A stretch of 64,000 bases of DNA from Pelagomonas calceolata (lineage: Eukaryota), in the NCBI GenBank assembly GCA_918797485.1, contig CAKKNE010000004.1, positions 248,001 to 312,000 on the forward strand, in the 5' to 3' direction. The position numbers and the translations under genes were made by a program. Positions 22,401 to 33,437 of the stretch are shown here, one piece after another (the stretch's first letter is position 1; each line of letters starts with the position of its first letter). The notes under the pieces were generated by a model. It was not told the origin of the DNA. It ran no database searches and was given only the letters and a program-made list of their open reading frames with translations.

Positions 22401-22822
22401 AGTAAACGCCCTTGCGCCGGGACGCTCTCGGCCTTCGACGGGTCGTGGACGCACCATTCATCGGGCCGGTTCTCGCGGGCGATCTGTTTTAAACTTCGAC
22501 ATTCAAACCCATTCAAATTACGTTTCTCGCACAGATCGGCCGCGGCTAAGGACGCGGGCAATTCGGGAGCCATGAGCACGGGCCAGACCGGCGCCGAGTC
22601 GTTCTGCTGGACCAAGCGCGGGTGTCGATGGGACACGCGGAGCTGCGACCAGTCCTCGGTTAAAACTTGCCGGAAGCCGCAGCTCGTCGTGTTGCACTTG
22701 GCCTCGATCTGCGGTGCCAGTTCCGCATTGACGTCGATTGCTACGTCAAGGTACTCATAGGAGCTTCGCACGCAGTCCTGGGCGGCCGCGATCGCTGCTA
22801 GCCCGCATAGGAGGCGTGCCAT
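19498..22822 (-). CDS. secreted fusion: O-fucosyltransferase-like domain plus C-terminal class I SAM methyltransferase (Methyltransf_24-like); one short intron with acceptor at 20468
   Basis: Signal peptide at ATG 22822; GLSNQR, CLHLRVENDW, ALDMAVCEQADVVAGNTWSSF; second ORF with GAELGVWKG, LVDSW, DFVYVDASHDY, GGLFAGNDY; in-frame splice from a phase-2 donor at 20519 (GT) or 20540 (GC) to CAG at 20468. Confidence 0.75.
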
Positions 22823-23078
22823 GGGGCAGCCTCCTCTATGAATGCGTCGTTTGCCGTGCGCAAGCACGTGCGCTCGGATGAATGCGATCTATGCGCGATG
22901 CGTGCAGGGCGGCGTTGCGTTGCGCGCCGCTCGCACGCGTTTGTTTCCGCTGCCCAGTGTGGTGAGATGTCGGAGACGAGCGGTCATTGGGGGAAAGACC
23001 AGTCCAGTGAGGTCTCCTGGAAGCCTGGAAGAGAAATATCTCCGCCGGAATACTCGAATCCAGACAAAACGGGTTTGA

Positions 23079-23098
23079 CTAGTATGTTGCTACACTAG
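23079..23098. promoter_or_regulatory. promoter palindrome, variant
   Basis: CTAGTATGTTGCTACACTAG between divergent genes. Confidence 0.45.
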
Positions 23099-23271
23099 AT
23101 GATCAGCCCAAAAATCGCGGCTTTGGCTGTCTGCGCCAATATCGCTGCCTTCCGCGGCTCTATAATACGCTCAGACATTCATAAATCACAGCGCTGCAAC
23201 GTGAGAGCACCGCGCTGCAAGCCGCATAGCTTTTAAGCAGCAGCCTCGCCTCGCCGACGCCGCGCGCCGCC

Positions 23272-24966
23272 ATGTCGCTCTTCGACACGAAGGCCACGAA
23301 CTGGGGTGATGATGAAGACGAAGAAAAGAAGGACGCCAGCAAGCTAAGCGCAAATGCACCTACATTCTCCTTCGGCGCGCCCCCACCAGCGGCGGCGGCC
23401 CCCACAACCTTCAGCTTCGACGCGCCCAAGGAGCCCGTGAGAACAGCGACGGAGCGCACGACGTCGAACCAGTCGTCCGTTGGTGGTATTACTGAAACTT
23501 TATCAAAACAAGCTGTATCAGTAGTGGAAACGGTACAAACGGCCGAGGGCGACACGATTCAAGTGCAGCGCGCCGACGGCGCCGCGGCGCTCGTGGCCGC
23601 GCGGACCTGGGAGGAGCTCAATCTGGATCCGGCGTTGCTGAAGGGCGTCTACCTGGCGAACTTTGCCAAACCCTTTAAGATCCAGGAGGCGGCCTTACCT
23701 TTGATTTTAGATGGGTTCAAGAAGACGCCGGTGCGCGAGAATTTGTTGGCGCAGGCCAAGTCCGGGTCGGGCAAGACGGCGGCCTTTGCGTTAGGGATGT
23801 TGCAGAATGTTGACCTGACGAAGCCTCATGTCCAGGGGCTGTGTGTCTGTCCTACGCGGGAATTGGCCACACAGAACGCCGCGGTGGTGCGGTTGATCGG
23901 GAAGACGCTGGTGGAGGAGAAGGGTCTCGTAGTTGCGTTGGCTCTGTCGGAAGGTCCCTCAGGAGGTAGGGGACGGGGCGGTCGCGGTCGAGGCCGAGGA
24001 GCAAGGCAGGAGCCGATCAGAGGTCATATTGTCGTAGGGACACCGGGCCGGACGCTCCAATTGATCAAAGCGCGAGCGTTAGATACGCGGGGCATCAGTA
24101 TGTTAGTCCTTGATGAGGCGGACGAAATGGACGCGAGGGGTCATAGGGATGATACCCGATCATTGAGGAAAGCCTTACCGGACGCCTGCCAGGTCCTTTG
24201 TTTCTCGGCTACCTACACCGATGAAGTGGTCAAAGACATCGAGACGTCGGTCTTCAAGCGGCACCCGTCCTCGAAAGTACTCATCGCGGCCACCGATGAA
24301 GATAGATCAGCATTAATGGTCCACGAGATTGCTCATGTGTGGTGCGACGCGAAGGAGCACCCCCAGGGCAAGATTGGGATCGTGGAGGACATTTATGATT
24401 TACTGTCAGCACAACAATCGATCATTTTTGTGAACACTCGAAAAGACGTGTCGAGCATCACGCAAGTGCTCAAAGCAAAAAACTTCTCGGTGGAGGATTT
24501 GACGGGTGGTCGAGGAAGTACGGGCATGGACGCGAACGAACGCGATAGAGTGATGGCGGCGTTCCGCGATGGCAAGGTCAAAGTACTTATCACGACAAAT
24601 GTCATCGCTAGGGGTATCGATGTCCCAGGAGTGAATATTGTCATAAACTACGACTTGCCCGTGGTCATTGATTATAGCATACCGCGCGGCGCCTCGCAAA
24701 AGCCGCCGGAGCCCGACTCCGATACTTACATACATAGGGTGGGCCGGACGGGTAGAGCGGGCGCTCGAGGTGTAGCCATCAATCTGGTGGACCAAGCTCA
24801 ATCAAATAACCAGGACCTCGCCGTTTTGGCAGCGCTGGAGACGCGGTGCTTCGGCGCCCAAAAAGCGCCGTGGACGATGATCCAGAAGGTGCCCGACGCG
24901 TCGGACGTCGAGGCCATCAAGGACATGGTGCGGAAGAAGATGGCCTCTTCTTCTTCGGATAAGTAG
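23272..24966 (+). CDS. DBP5: DEAD-box RNA helicase DBP5/DDX19
   Basis: Q motif KPFKIQE, AQAKSGSGKTAAF, PTRELA, DEADEM, FSAT, ARGIDVP, YIHRVGRTGRAG. Confidence 0.92.
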   Translation: MSLFDTKATNWGDDEDEEKKDASKLSANAPTFSFGAPPPAAAAPTTFSFDAPKEPVRTATERTTSNQSSVGGITETLSKQAVSVVETVQTAEGDTIQVQRADGAAALVAARTWEELNLDPALLKGVYLANFAKPFKIQEAALPLILDGFKKTPVRENLLAQAKSGSGKTAAFALGMLQNVDLTKPHVQGLCVCPTRELATQNAAVVRLIGKTLVEEKGLVVALALSEGPSGGRGRGGRGRGRGARQEPIRGHIVVGTPGRTLQLIKARALDTRGISMLVLDEADEMDARGHRDDTRSLRKALPDACQVLCFSATYTDEVVKDIETSVFKRHPSSKVLIAATDEDRSALMVHEIAHVWCDAKEHPQGKIGIVEDIYDLLSAQQSIIFVNTRKDVSSITQVLKAKNFSVEDLTGGRGSTGMDANERDRVMAAFRDGKVKVLITTNVIARGIDVPGVNIVINYDLPVVIDYSIPRGASQKPPEPDSDTYIHRVGRTGRAGARGVAINLVDQAQSNNQDLAVLAALETRCFGAQKAPWTMIQKVPDASDVEAIKDMVRKKMASSSSDK

Positions 24967-24999
24967 ATTTTAGCCTAGTCATGGTGGTGATGCTTACGC

Positions 25000-25552
25000 T
25001 CAGGACGCGACGACCGTCACGTCCGCCGGCCCGTCGACCTCCCTTACGAACAAGACCTCGTCGCCCCGCAACGCCAGCAACAGGTCGCCGACGACGGCCT
25101 TGACGGAAGTCCACGTCTCCGTCGACACGTCCTCGACGAGAATGCGCGGCGTCGACGCCGTGCAGCCACTCACGACCTTGCAGCTCACGGGGCAGTGCGG
25201 CCGCATCCACGTCGGGTTGTTCTTGCACTCTCCTAATTTGGACCATGGTCCACATGACTCGTGGCGATCAACGCACGTCTCGTTGCCGTGGAGCCATCCC
25301 AGCTTGAGGTTGGGCTCCTTCGTCTGGACGCGGACCCTCACGACCTCGGCGTCCGGGGTTAATGAAGCGCCCTTGGCGAGCGATCGCCACCCATCTAAGA
25401 CGTCGTGGTAGCCCCGCGTCACGAGCAAAGCGTCTCTATAAGTCCTCGAAGGCCGCTTGCCGCACGAAGCGCTGGTGCTGCTCCTCCCAATTTGTTATTC
25501 TTGTTTGGGCGCTCGCGGCGGCGGCGAGGAGAAGGAGTAGGCTCTGTCGCAT
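25000..25552 (-). pseudogene. secreted ShKT-domain protein interrupted by a 1-nt frameshift near 25440 (pseudogene or assembly error)
   Basis: ATG 25552 MRQSLLLLLAAAASAQ...AAFEDL*; deleting one T gives ...FEDYRDALLVTRGY... continuing into CVDRHESCGPWSKLGECKNNPTWMRPHCPVSCKVC-type ShKT. Confidence 0.6.
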
Positions 25553-25762
25553 CGCGTTCGTCTCCTGACGCCGCGACGCCGGCCGTTCCTAGTCTGACCA
25601 ATGCAAACTTGATTGGTACTCTCGGCGACGTGTGACTCGCTCCGTGCTTAGTGACACGTCAAGTCGTATCACAACTGACTACGAGACAATACTACGACGT
25701 ATAACCGTGTACCTACGGCGGAGGACTGGGCTTTTGTCTGTCGGCGCCGCGGCTTTGTGTGT

Positions 25763-25786
25763 GCTAATGTCTTACAGGCCACTAGG
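25763..25786 (+). promoter_or_regulatory. promoter palindrome
   Basis: GCTAATGTCTTACAGGCCACTAGG between divergent genes. Confidence 0.65.
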
Positions 25787-26202
25787 CCAGAGCAAGTCAC
25801 AGAGGGGGAGATTGGATGTTGAACGAGTGCTTTCGACGGCGTTCGAAAAATCGTGCGGGGCCTCGCTGTCAAACCTGCATGCAGAATCGAGAGCCGCGCG
25901 TGCCCTAAAGACGGCCGCGACAGCCGATAAAGCAGCCAAAGCGAGGTGAGCAAGCCGCCATGCATCCCCAGTCCCGGACTGCAACTTCACGCCGTTCGCG
26001 CAAGCGCGTGGCATAAACAATAGCTGCTGCACCAAGCACTGTTTGCATGCATGCGCGGCGCTCAGCCGCCGACAGATTTCGCGACCGCACCCCCGCGGAA
26101 CGACACACCTGCAAAATACACGCGCGCAACCGAAACCCTGCAAACGCCGTCGACGCGCGCGCGTTCGAACACCCGGCCGCGCTTCCGCAGGCAAAAGCAA
26201 GC

Positions 26203-27706
26203 ATGGCCCAGCCCTACGAGCCCGTCGACGGCTCCGCCTCGCCGCGGCGCAAGCGTATTCTGGTGGCACTGGCCGCCACAGCAGTCCTCTTCGTCGGGGC
26301 CGTCGCGGTGTATGGTACTCCTTCCAGTACTCTAGAAGACTTCAAGAAGGACAAGGAGAAGATGTGGGCGCCGGAGCTCGAGAAGCAGTACCGCGAGTGC
26401 GCCACGGCTCAAAGATACAGAAACGAGCACGTGAAGGCGGTTCACGACTCGCCCGTCGCGTCACTCTTCGAGTACTCAACTCTCAAGGGCGAGGCGAAGT
26501 TCGAGGCCTCCGACGTCGTTCGTATTGGAGAGCACTTCTACTCCATTTGTGATTCCTCGTGGGCCGTGCTGCGCGTGCACGAGTCGCTGCCGATGCGGAG
26601 CAAGCTGAACGCGCATATGGGCGACCCCCAGCACGGCTTCGCGGAAAGGGAATCGGGCTTCGAGGGCATCTTCCACGACAAGACCCAGGACGGCATGTAC
26701 GTCGTCCGCGAGGCGGTCGACATCTCCGGCGGGCGGCGGCGCGGTAACTTTCAGCAAGGTGCCTTCCCAGGGTCGCGTCGACGGCGTCGGCGCGTCGCGT
26801 CGACGGCGTGGTGGCGTCGGCGCGTCGCCTCGATGGCGTGAGGCGGACACAATCGATCGAGCCACGCCCTCGACGCGACTGCGGCGGCTCGACGGCGTGG
26901 CGCGTGGCGCGTGCGCTCCGCGACTTTCAGGCAGCTTACGCCATCGACGCGAGGCGTGAATCGCGTCCCGCGCAGGCGAGTACGCCGACGACACGAACCG
27001 GAGGCGCCTGGGATTGCCGCCCGTGACGGATCATCCCAAGTACCACGCCATCGTCATGCAGATCCTGTTGCCTCCTCCCGATAGTGATGATACGGATTAT
27101 GCGGTCTTAGATAGCTGCCCGTCGGAGATGCTCTTTGACGGTGACTCGAAGGGTTTTGAAGGTGCTCGTAGCATCCGAGGCGCGGACGGCGTCTTATATG
27201 TGCTAGGATTGTGCGAGGGCAACCACTGCTCGTCGCAGACGGGCAAGGACGTGGGCCACGGCAAGGTGATTGTCATGGCGCGCGAGGACGAGGGCGGGCC
27301 GACGGGCGGTTGTTACTGGAAGACGGTCCGAACGATTGATTTACCGATGAAGGAGTTTGTGGACTATTCGGCGCTGGCGATTCATCATCGCACGAAGGCC
27401 GTGGCCATCACGTCGCAGGAGAACAGTCAAGTGTGGGTCGGGGAGTTATCTACCGGTAGTGATGGCGAGTTCGACCCCATGACGGCGGAATTCAGCAAGG
27501 GCAAGGTCTACGACTTCCCGCGCGCCGCGACGTGCGCCGTCCAGTACTGCAACATCGAGGGTATCGAGTGGGTCGACGATGGCGGGGCCGACGAAGATGC
27601 TCCTAGAACTCTCGTTGGTGTTTCGGACAAGATGAAGGGCAAGGGCAAGCAGCCGTTCACCTGCCTCGAGAAGGACCAGTCCTTCCACCTCTTCCAGCTG
27701 CCCTGA
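26203..27706 (+). CDS. type II membrane protein with probable beta-propeller/hydrolase-like ectodomain; one intron ~26744-26975
   Basis: TM ILVALAATAVLFVGAVAVY; repeats FEASDV, FEGI, FEGA, YSALA, IEGI; G|GTAAC donor and CGCAG acceptor join the two ORFs in phase 1. Confidence 0.75.
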
Positions 27707-27849
27707 TCGCTCAGGGCACTGGCTCAGAATTCTCCTCGTGCGCGCGCCTATTCCCGCTGACGGCTGCGCCGCCTCCCCCTCTAAGTTTATCACTCGTAAC
27801 TTGACGTGCGTCGATGGCGTGCTTTGGCTGTTCCTGCGGTTTCATCGCT

Positions 27850-27872
27850 GCTAGTGTCTTAGTCCGCTTAGC
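27850..27872 (+). promoter_or_regulatory. promoter palindrome, variant
   Basis: GCTAGTGTCTTAGTCCGCTTAGC upstream of ORF 28131. Confidence 0.55.
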
Positions 27873-28130
27873 TAAAGAGAGGGACAAGATCACGTGAAGC
27901 AGGCCAGCAACTGGCCATTCGACGAACGGCGAAGGACAAAAAACGGGCAGTCGTCCCTGCTGAGGCGCCTCGTGAGTTCGCGAGAATTTCAGCCCGCGCG
28001 ACGCCCTAGAACTGGTGAATTCTTGTTTCGCTAGATATCCTCGTTCTCCGGCCAGAGCGCGCCCGCCCGCGCACCCGCGTAACTCTCTGCGGGCGTGTAA
28101 GCCTGTAAGCGACCGCGACTGTCCTCCACC

Positions 28131-28538
28131 ATGGCCTCGTCCGCCGACGGCATGATCCTCGACAACGACGACTCGCGCGACGGCGACGGCAGCGTCTTGT
28201 CGGCGACGCCGGCCCCGACCCCGGCCCAGACGCCGTCGCCGCCTATGCCTTTGCGGGCGCCGCTCCACTCCGATCCGCCGCCGCCGCGCGTCTGCCAGCC
28301 CTGTGCGAACGACGAAAGCGGACCCCCGGTACAGTCCGTGAGGTACGAGCGCTCCTTCAGCAGCGATTCTGCCGTGATGACGGAATTGCCGACGCCTCCC
28401 TCCCGACCGCGGACTTCTGAAACGGAGTACCTCAACCGCGTCGCGGAGGCACTGGGCGTCCGCGGCTTCGGCACCTACCGGCCGCCGATGCCTCCCGTGC
28501 CGGCCGTACCGCCCAGGCCGGCCTCCCCGACGGAATGA
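28131..28538 (+). CDS. Pro-rich hypothetical protein
   Basis: ATG in CACCATGG context; variant promoter palindrome at 27850; no family recognised. Confidence 0.45.
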   Translation: MASSADGMILDNDDSRDGDGSVLSATPAPTPAQTPSPPMPLRAPLHSDPPPPRVCQPCANDESGPPVQSVRYERSFSSDSAVMTELPTPPSRPRTSETEYLNRVAEALGVRGFGTYRPPMPPVPAVPPRPASPTE

Positions 28539-28689
28539 ACCACGTGTGCAGAACCCGATGGTCGCTGGCCCCTATCGTAAAAATATCGTGTCATCGTGAG
28601 AGCTTGCTCTTAGCTAGCGAGGATTTTTCCGTATCAAAGTTAGTAGAGAAAGGAAGCTACTTATGCTTCAAGCGTGTAGGGGAAGGAGC

Positions 28690-31578
28690 TCAGGCGGCGT
28701 GCGCCTTGAGGAGCTCGAGGAGGAAGAGCCGCTTGTCGAGCACGCGGCCGTCCGGCAGCAAGATGACGAAGTCGACGCCGGCCCAGATCGTGTAGGTGTG
28801 GTTGTGTCGGCACTCGACCGTCGGATCGAAGACCTCCAGGAGCGAAGAAGGCCCCGGCGCGACCTCGCGGATGTCCATCCCGCGGAAGATCAGCGCCGCG
28901 CCGGCCGCTAGCGCGCGCAGCGTCTTGGACTCGAAGACCCAGTCGGGCACGGGGTCCCAGTACTTGCGATTGAGCTCCGGCATGACCGTCGCGAAGTCGT
29001 CGACGAGGAACCAGTCCGTGAGCTTCGAAGAGTTCGGCTTGTGGAAGCGGATGTAGAAGTAAGGCACCGACACCGAGAGTGGGGACCCGAGCTGCGAAGA
29101 CAGGAGCGCCGAGCCGCGCCGCGCGCACGTCGGGAACGAGGAGAAATCGATGGCCGCGTAGTCGACGCCCGCCGAAAAGAGCGACGACACCGCATCAGAA
29201 GAGCCGCCCGCCGCCGAAGACCGCACGACCGCCCGCGAGCGCGTCGCGTCGCGCGTCGCGACGAGGGAGCCGGGGTCGACGCCGGCCACGGTGAGCGCGA
29301 ACGCCGGGACCACGGCGGTGGTGCCGACGAGGCCGGCGCAGGTGGCGTTCCAGAGCAAGCACTTGCAGTCGAAGAACAAGCCGTTCGACCGCTGCAGGAG
29401 CTCCTTGATCACCGCGGTCGACTCGAAGCGCAGGCCCCGCGGGAACACGACGCGGACCCACGACGGCAGCAGGTGCAGGTCCTCGGGGCGTATCTCCAAA
29501 GGAACCCAGAGCAGCGGCAGCCGCATCTTCATCGCGTCCAGCATCGTCTTTCTGCCCAACCATAAGAATTTTGCGAGGGCGTAGCGGCCGAAGACGCACC
29601 GGAAGATGCTGATGCCAGTGTCACCGAAGCAGACGTCCCCGAAGATGAGAGCCATCTGCGCCGCGAACAAGAGGATCTTGTAGATGTACCACCGAGCAGG
29701 GTTTCTACTACCCGTCTCCTTCCGCTTCTCCTGGTCTAACTCCTCCAAATCGTCAATCATAGAACCCCCGCCGACCGTGCACGTCCCCTTGATGACCGCA
29801 AATAAATTGAAGCGCAGTAACAGGGCCGCGAGGCAGCTCGAAGGCGTCTTCCCCGGCGGTAGATCGTTCAGGGCCTTCCGAGCCTCTGGAGTCTTGGGCT
29901 TCGCCCCGGCGTTGCGCACCGCCGCCGTGAGGGGGTCGTCGACATCATCATCATCATCGTCGTCGGCGCGTCGCAGTGGAGGCATGGGCGCGTCCGAGCC
30001 GCTGAAGGCCGCCGATTCAGCCGCACCGCGATCCAGGGAAGGCCCATCTAACGAAGCGACAGGCGCGCCGCGCTGAGAAGACGCCGAGGCGTCCGAAGCA
30101 GCAAGCGCGCGGAGCCCGCGCGACGGCAACGAGCGCAACGCGTCGTCAGAGGCGCCCGCCGTCGGATCATCTAAAGCGTCGAGCGTGCGGGCACCATCGA
30201 GTAGATCGGCGCGGGGCTTCTCGGGCGGCACGTCGCCGCCCGCAGCACCGCCAAACGCCGAAGCCGCGACGACGCGCGGCGCCGCGGGCTGCACGGCGCG
30301 CATCTCCACATCACCATCTAAAGCGGCGCCGGCCGACGCGACGTCGTCGACGGGCAGCGCGCCGCGCGCGTCGCCGCAGGTCGCCGCGGCCGACGCGGCG
30401 ACGGCGTTCACGTCGCCGAGCGGCACGCGCCGCGCCGACGCTTCGGCGGCGAGCTTCTCGTCGCGCTCCTTCCGCAGCTCGGCCTCGAGCTTCTCCTTGG
30501 CCTGCGCGGAGAACCGTCAGCGTGAACGCGTCGCGTCGATGGCGTGAAGGTCGACGCGCCGCTACCGTTTCAGGCTGAAGAGTTCGGACTCGGAAGCACA
30601 CGATCATAATGTGCACGCGCGTCGTCTCCGCGGCGACCGTCAGACACCGACTCAGGGTGCGCATGAGGCCCCGCAGCTTCGTCTCCCGCGACATGCCGTC
30701 CGTCCAGGCGATTTTGATGAACTCGGTCCCGAACAGGGCCCAATCTTCCTTGGACATCTTCTCCAACAAGACCTCGAAGATGGCCTCGCAGTCGGCGTCG
30801 CCCCAGCCCCAGTAATGGCTCTTCACGCCGTCGGGGTTGCCGAAGGGCACCAGGCCGTCGTGCTTGTTCTTGTCGTCATCTGGATGATAGAAGTCCGTCG
30901 GCGTGCCTGCGGGGACGTCGACCAGTGGACGAGGGCCACGCAGTCGAGCGGACGTCGCGTCGATGGCGCGGAGGTCGACGCGATGCTTCAACGACCGTAA
31001 TTCTAGGACGCCGCGTGAGTACAATCGCGGTCCGATCTCCACAATTCGCCGCTCGCCTTGGCCTTCGCGACCATCGCGTCGGCCCGCTCCCTACTGAGTG
31101 CCTTCCAGTAATTTCCACCAATGCCGCCGGTGCGCGCGAGGAAGTCGGTCTTGCCGATCCTCAACTCGAACGAGTCCGGATCCACGAGCGCCTCGCGCCA
31201 CTTGACCTTCCGCCCCAGGTCGTCGAGGCTCTTGAACTCGAGGTCGAGCTTGCCGTCCTCCCGTAACTTGGCGCGCTTCTCTTCCTTGGCGCCGGCTTCG
31301 TCCGGCTGCGCGGCGCGCGCGAGCCGGTCCCTGAGACGCTGCCTCACGGCCGTGCGGTTCGTGCCGCGCCCGCCGTCGCCCGGACCGAGGTCCTTCAAAT
31401 CTTCTTGCGCGAGGCCCGCGAGCGGCACGTCGTCGACGTTCGACGCGTCGATGCTCGCTAAGAAGCCCTGGTGCCCGCGGGGCAGCAGCTCCGTCGGCCC
31501 GCCGTACTCGTCCGCAATCGCCTTGCGCTGCAGCTCGATGCTTCGTTCATTTTTTGTTCTATTCTCCGGACTCAGCAT
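28690..31578 (-). CDS. large hypothetical protein, 3 exons (introns 30907-31049 GC-AG and 30502-30565 GT-AG)
   Basis: Three consecutive minus ORFs join in frame (KAKAS|GTPTDF and LQPET|AKEKLEAE); both introns carry the CGCGTCGATGGCG motif; start codon uncertain. Confidence 0.55.
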
Positions 31579-32795
31579 GCCACCGGCAGCTGCGAGCCGC
31601 GCTTCTTGCCCGCCGGCATGCTGCCGGCGTCGACGGATGCGTGCGTCTGAAGGTGTTTTCGAGCGTCGTGGCGGCCTCGAGAGGCGTCTCGGACTCCAAT
31701 CGGCGCGAGAGTAACGCAGCGGCAACGGGCGGCGTAGCAGTGTACCGAAGCGGCGGTTGAGAGACCGAATGACGTGCAGTGTCCGCGAGCGCACGAAATC
31801 AAGGCACTAACAGCAAATAGCTGCACAGCAGCAAATGAAGCGCACTGGTCGTACTGGTGGACGCGTTCGCTTGCGATCGCGCGCAGTGAGCTATTCCAAC
31901 TGTGCAACGAGTTTACGCGGCGTCGCAGCACAAATTGGGGCTGTAGCAGCAAGGGGCACAGGCTTGGCAGCTTGGCCTTTTGGAGCGGGTTTTTTTCGTT
32001 TTTCGAGCAAGGCGAGCGAAGTTCGGCGAGAACGGCATTTACGGAAACGACATCACAATAAAACACAGCAACCGCGGCCTGGCTGTCAGAATCAAGCCGC
32101 GGCCGCGTGTTATCGATGTGCGCGTCGACGAGCCGCGTCCATCGTCTGCGCCCGGCGAAAGCCCGCGACGTCGCGGCCCACCGCGCGCGGCGGCTGCGCT
32201 GTCTATCGTGACCCCAGCGCGCGGCTCTGCCGCTGGGGCTCCAGCGGGAGCCCATGGGGCAGCATCTGATGAGACAGCACGCCAGGACTAGGCACGCCCG
32301 CGCTCGCGGCGCTGCGGCGATGGCGTCGAGACGCTGCCGCACTCCCATTATGTCGGGCCCCCGGCTGCGCACAGGCGCTGCGTGTTGCCGCAGCAACGAA
32401 TTTCAGCTCGGCCTGAATTGTTTTTTAGTGTGCACGCGTCCGCGCGGCACGCACCAGAGGCAGGCAGCCACTCGCTCCGAGAAGTCTAATATGGAATAGT
32501 TGTGGATAGATACACACACACAACTGAGTTAAGAATGACACATCTGGGTGTCGCCACCGGTGCTGCACACTCCTCCACCACGCGACGGCACTCCTCGGCG
32601 TACGACGCTTGATGAGGGAAGGACCAGTCGTGGTCCCAGAAGCCCGTGAGTCGGAAGCCCCCGGGTCCGAAGCGCCGCGACTGTCGCGCGTCGAGGACGA
32701 CGAAGTCAGGCAGCTCGTGCTGAACAGCTGCCGCGACATCGACGGGATCGTCGGCGTCGCAAGGAGCTCGATTGTCGTGTCGAGGGCTTCGGCAC

Positions 32796-32993
32796 CTGTG
32801 TGGAAATCAAATTTACGGCGCGTTCGTCCTGAATAGCCGCGTCGATCTCCACGCCATCGACGCGATGCCTGCTCGATGGCGTGGCGATGCCGGTTCCTCA
32901 CCGCTCGACGGAGCCAGCGCGGCCACGTCATCGTCGAGAAATGACTTAGTGAAGAATTATCGGCACCCGACGCACTGGTTGATTTCCACACAG
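32796..32993. mobile_element. introner element, 198 bp, long subfamily
   Basis: Perfect TIRs CTGTGTGGAAATC/GATTTCCACACAG; perfect 8-bp TSD TTCGGCAC (32788-32795, 32994-33001), reading GTGCCGAA on the minus strand; closely similar to 45140-45340. Confidence 0.92.
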
Positions 32994-33149
32994 TTCGGCA
33001 CTCGTCGCAGCGATCAGTCCCCGCCGACGGAGTGAACCGGGCTCGACTAGACCGCCGCGCGCGAAGCGCGACCGGCCACGTGTGCAGAACCCGGACGGTC
33101 ATACGGTCCACCTCTCGGTCCCCCAGCGGCTCCGACTGGCTCCTCGACC

Positions 33150-33425
33150 CAGGGCCCTTGCATACGCACGTATGTCCAAACTCGTACCCCTACATGCGTA
33201 CTTCTGAGATCGCTCCCGCATGCGCGTCTGCATACGTGGGCCGTAGTAGGGGGGTAAATGGTTCAAGTTCAACATCGACCTTCAACTAGGGTATACCCCC
33301 CAGCAAAGAAAACGCCCCCAGACCCACAAAAAATACGATGGTAAGGGTCCTAGAAAAACACCAAATACGCGCCTGCATGCGGCGCATACGGAGGTATGCG
33401 AGCGTCTGTGTATGCAAGGGCCCTG
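33150..33425. mobile_element. 276-bp MITE, hAT-like
   Basis: Perfect 16-bp TIR CAGGGCCCTTGCATAC; perfect 8-bp TSD CCTCGACC (33142-33149, 33426-33433); no convincing coding content. Confidence 0.92.
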
Positions 33426-33437
33426 CCTCGACCTGCT

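Noticed and set aside
28690..31578. Large orphan ORF as the autonomous transposase for the introners or the MITE
   Set aside because: No DDE, BED-finger or hAT dimerisation motif recognisable, and no matching TIRs around it.
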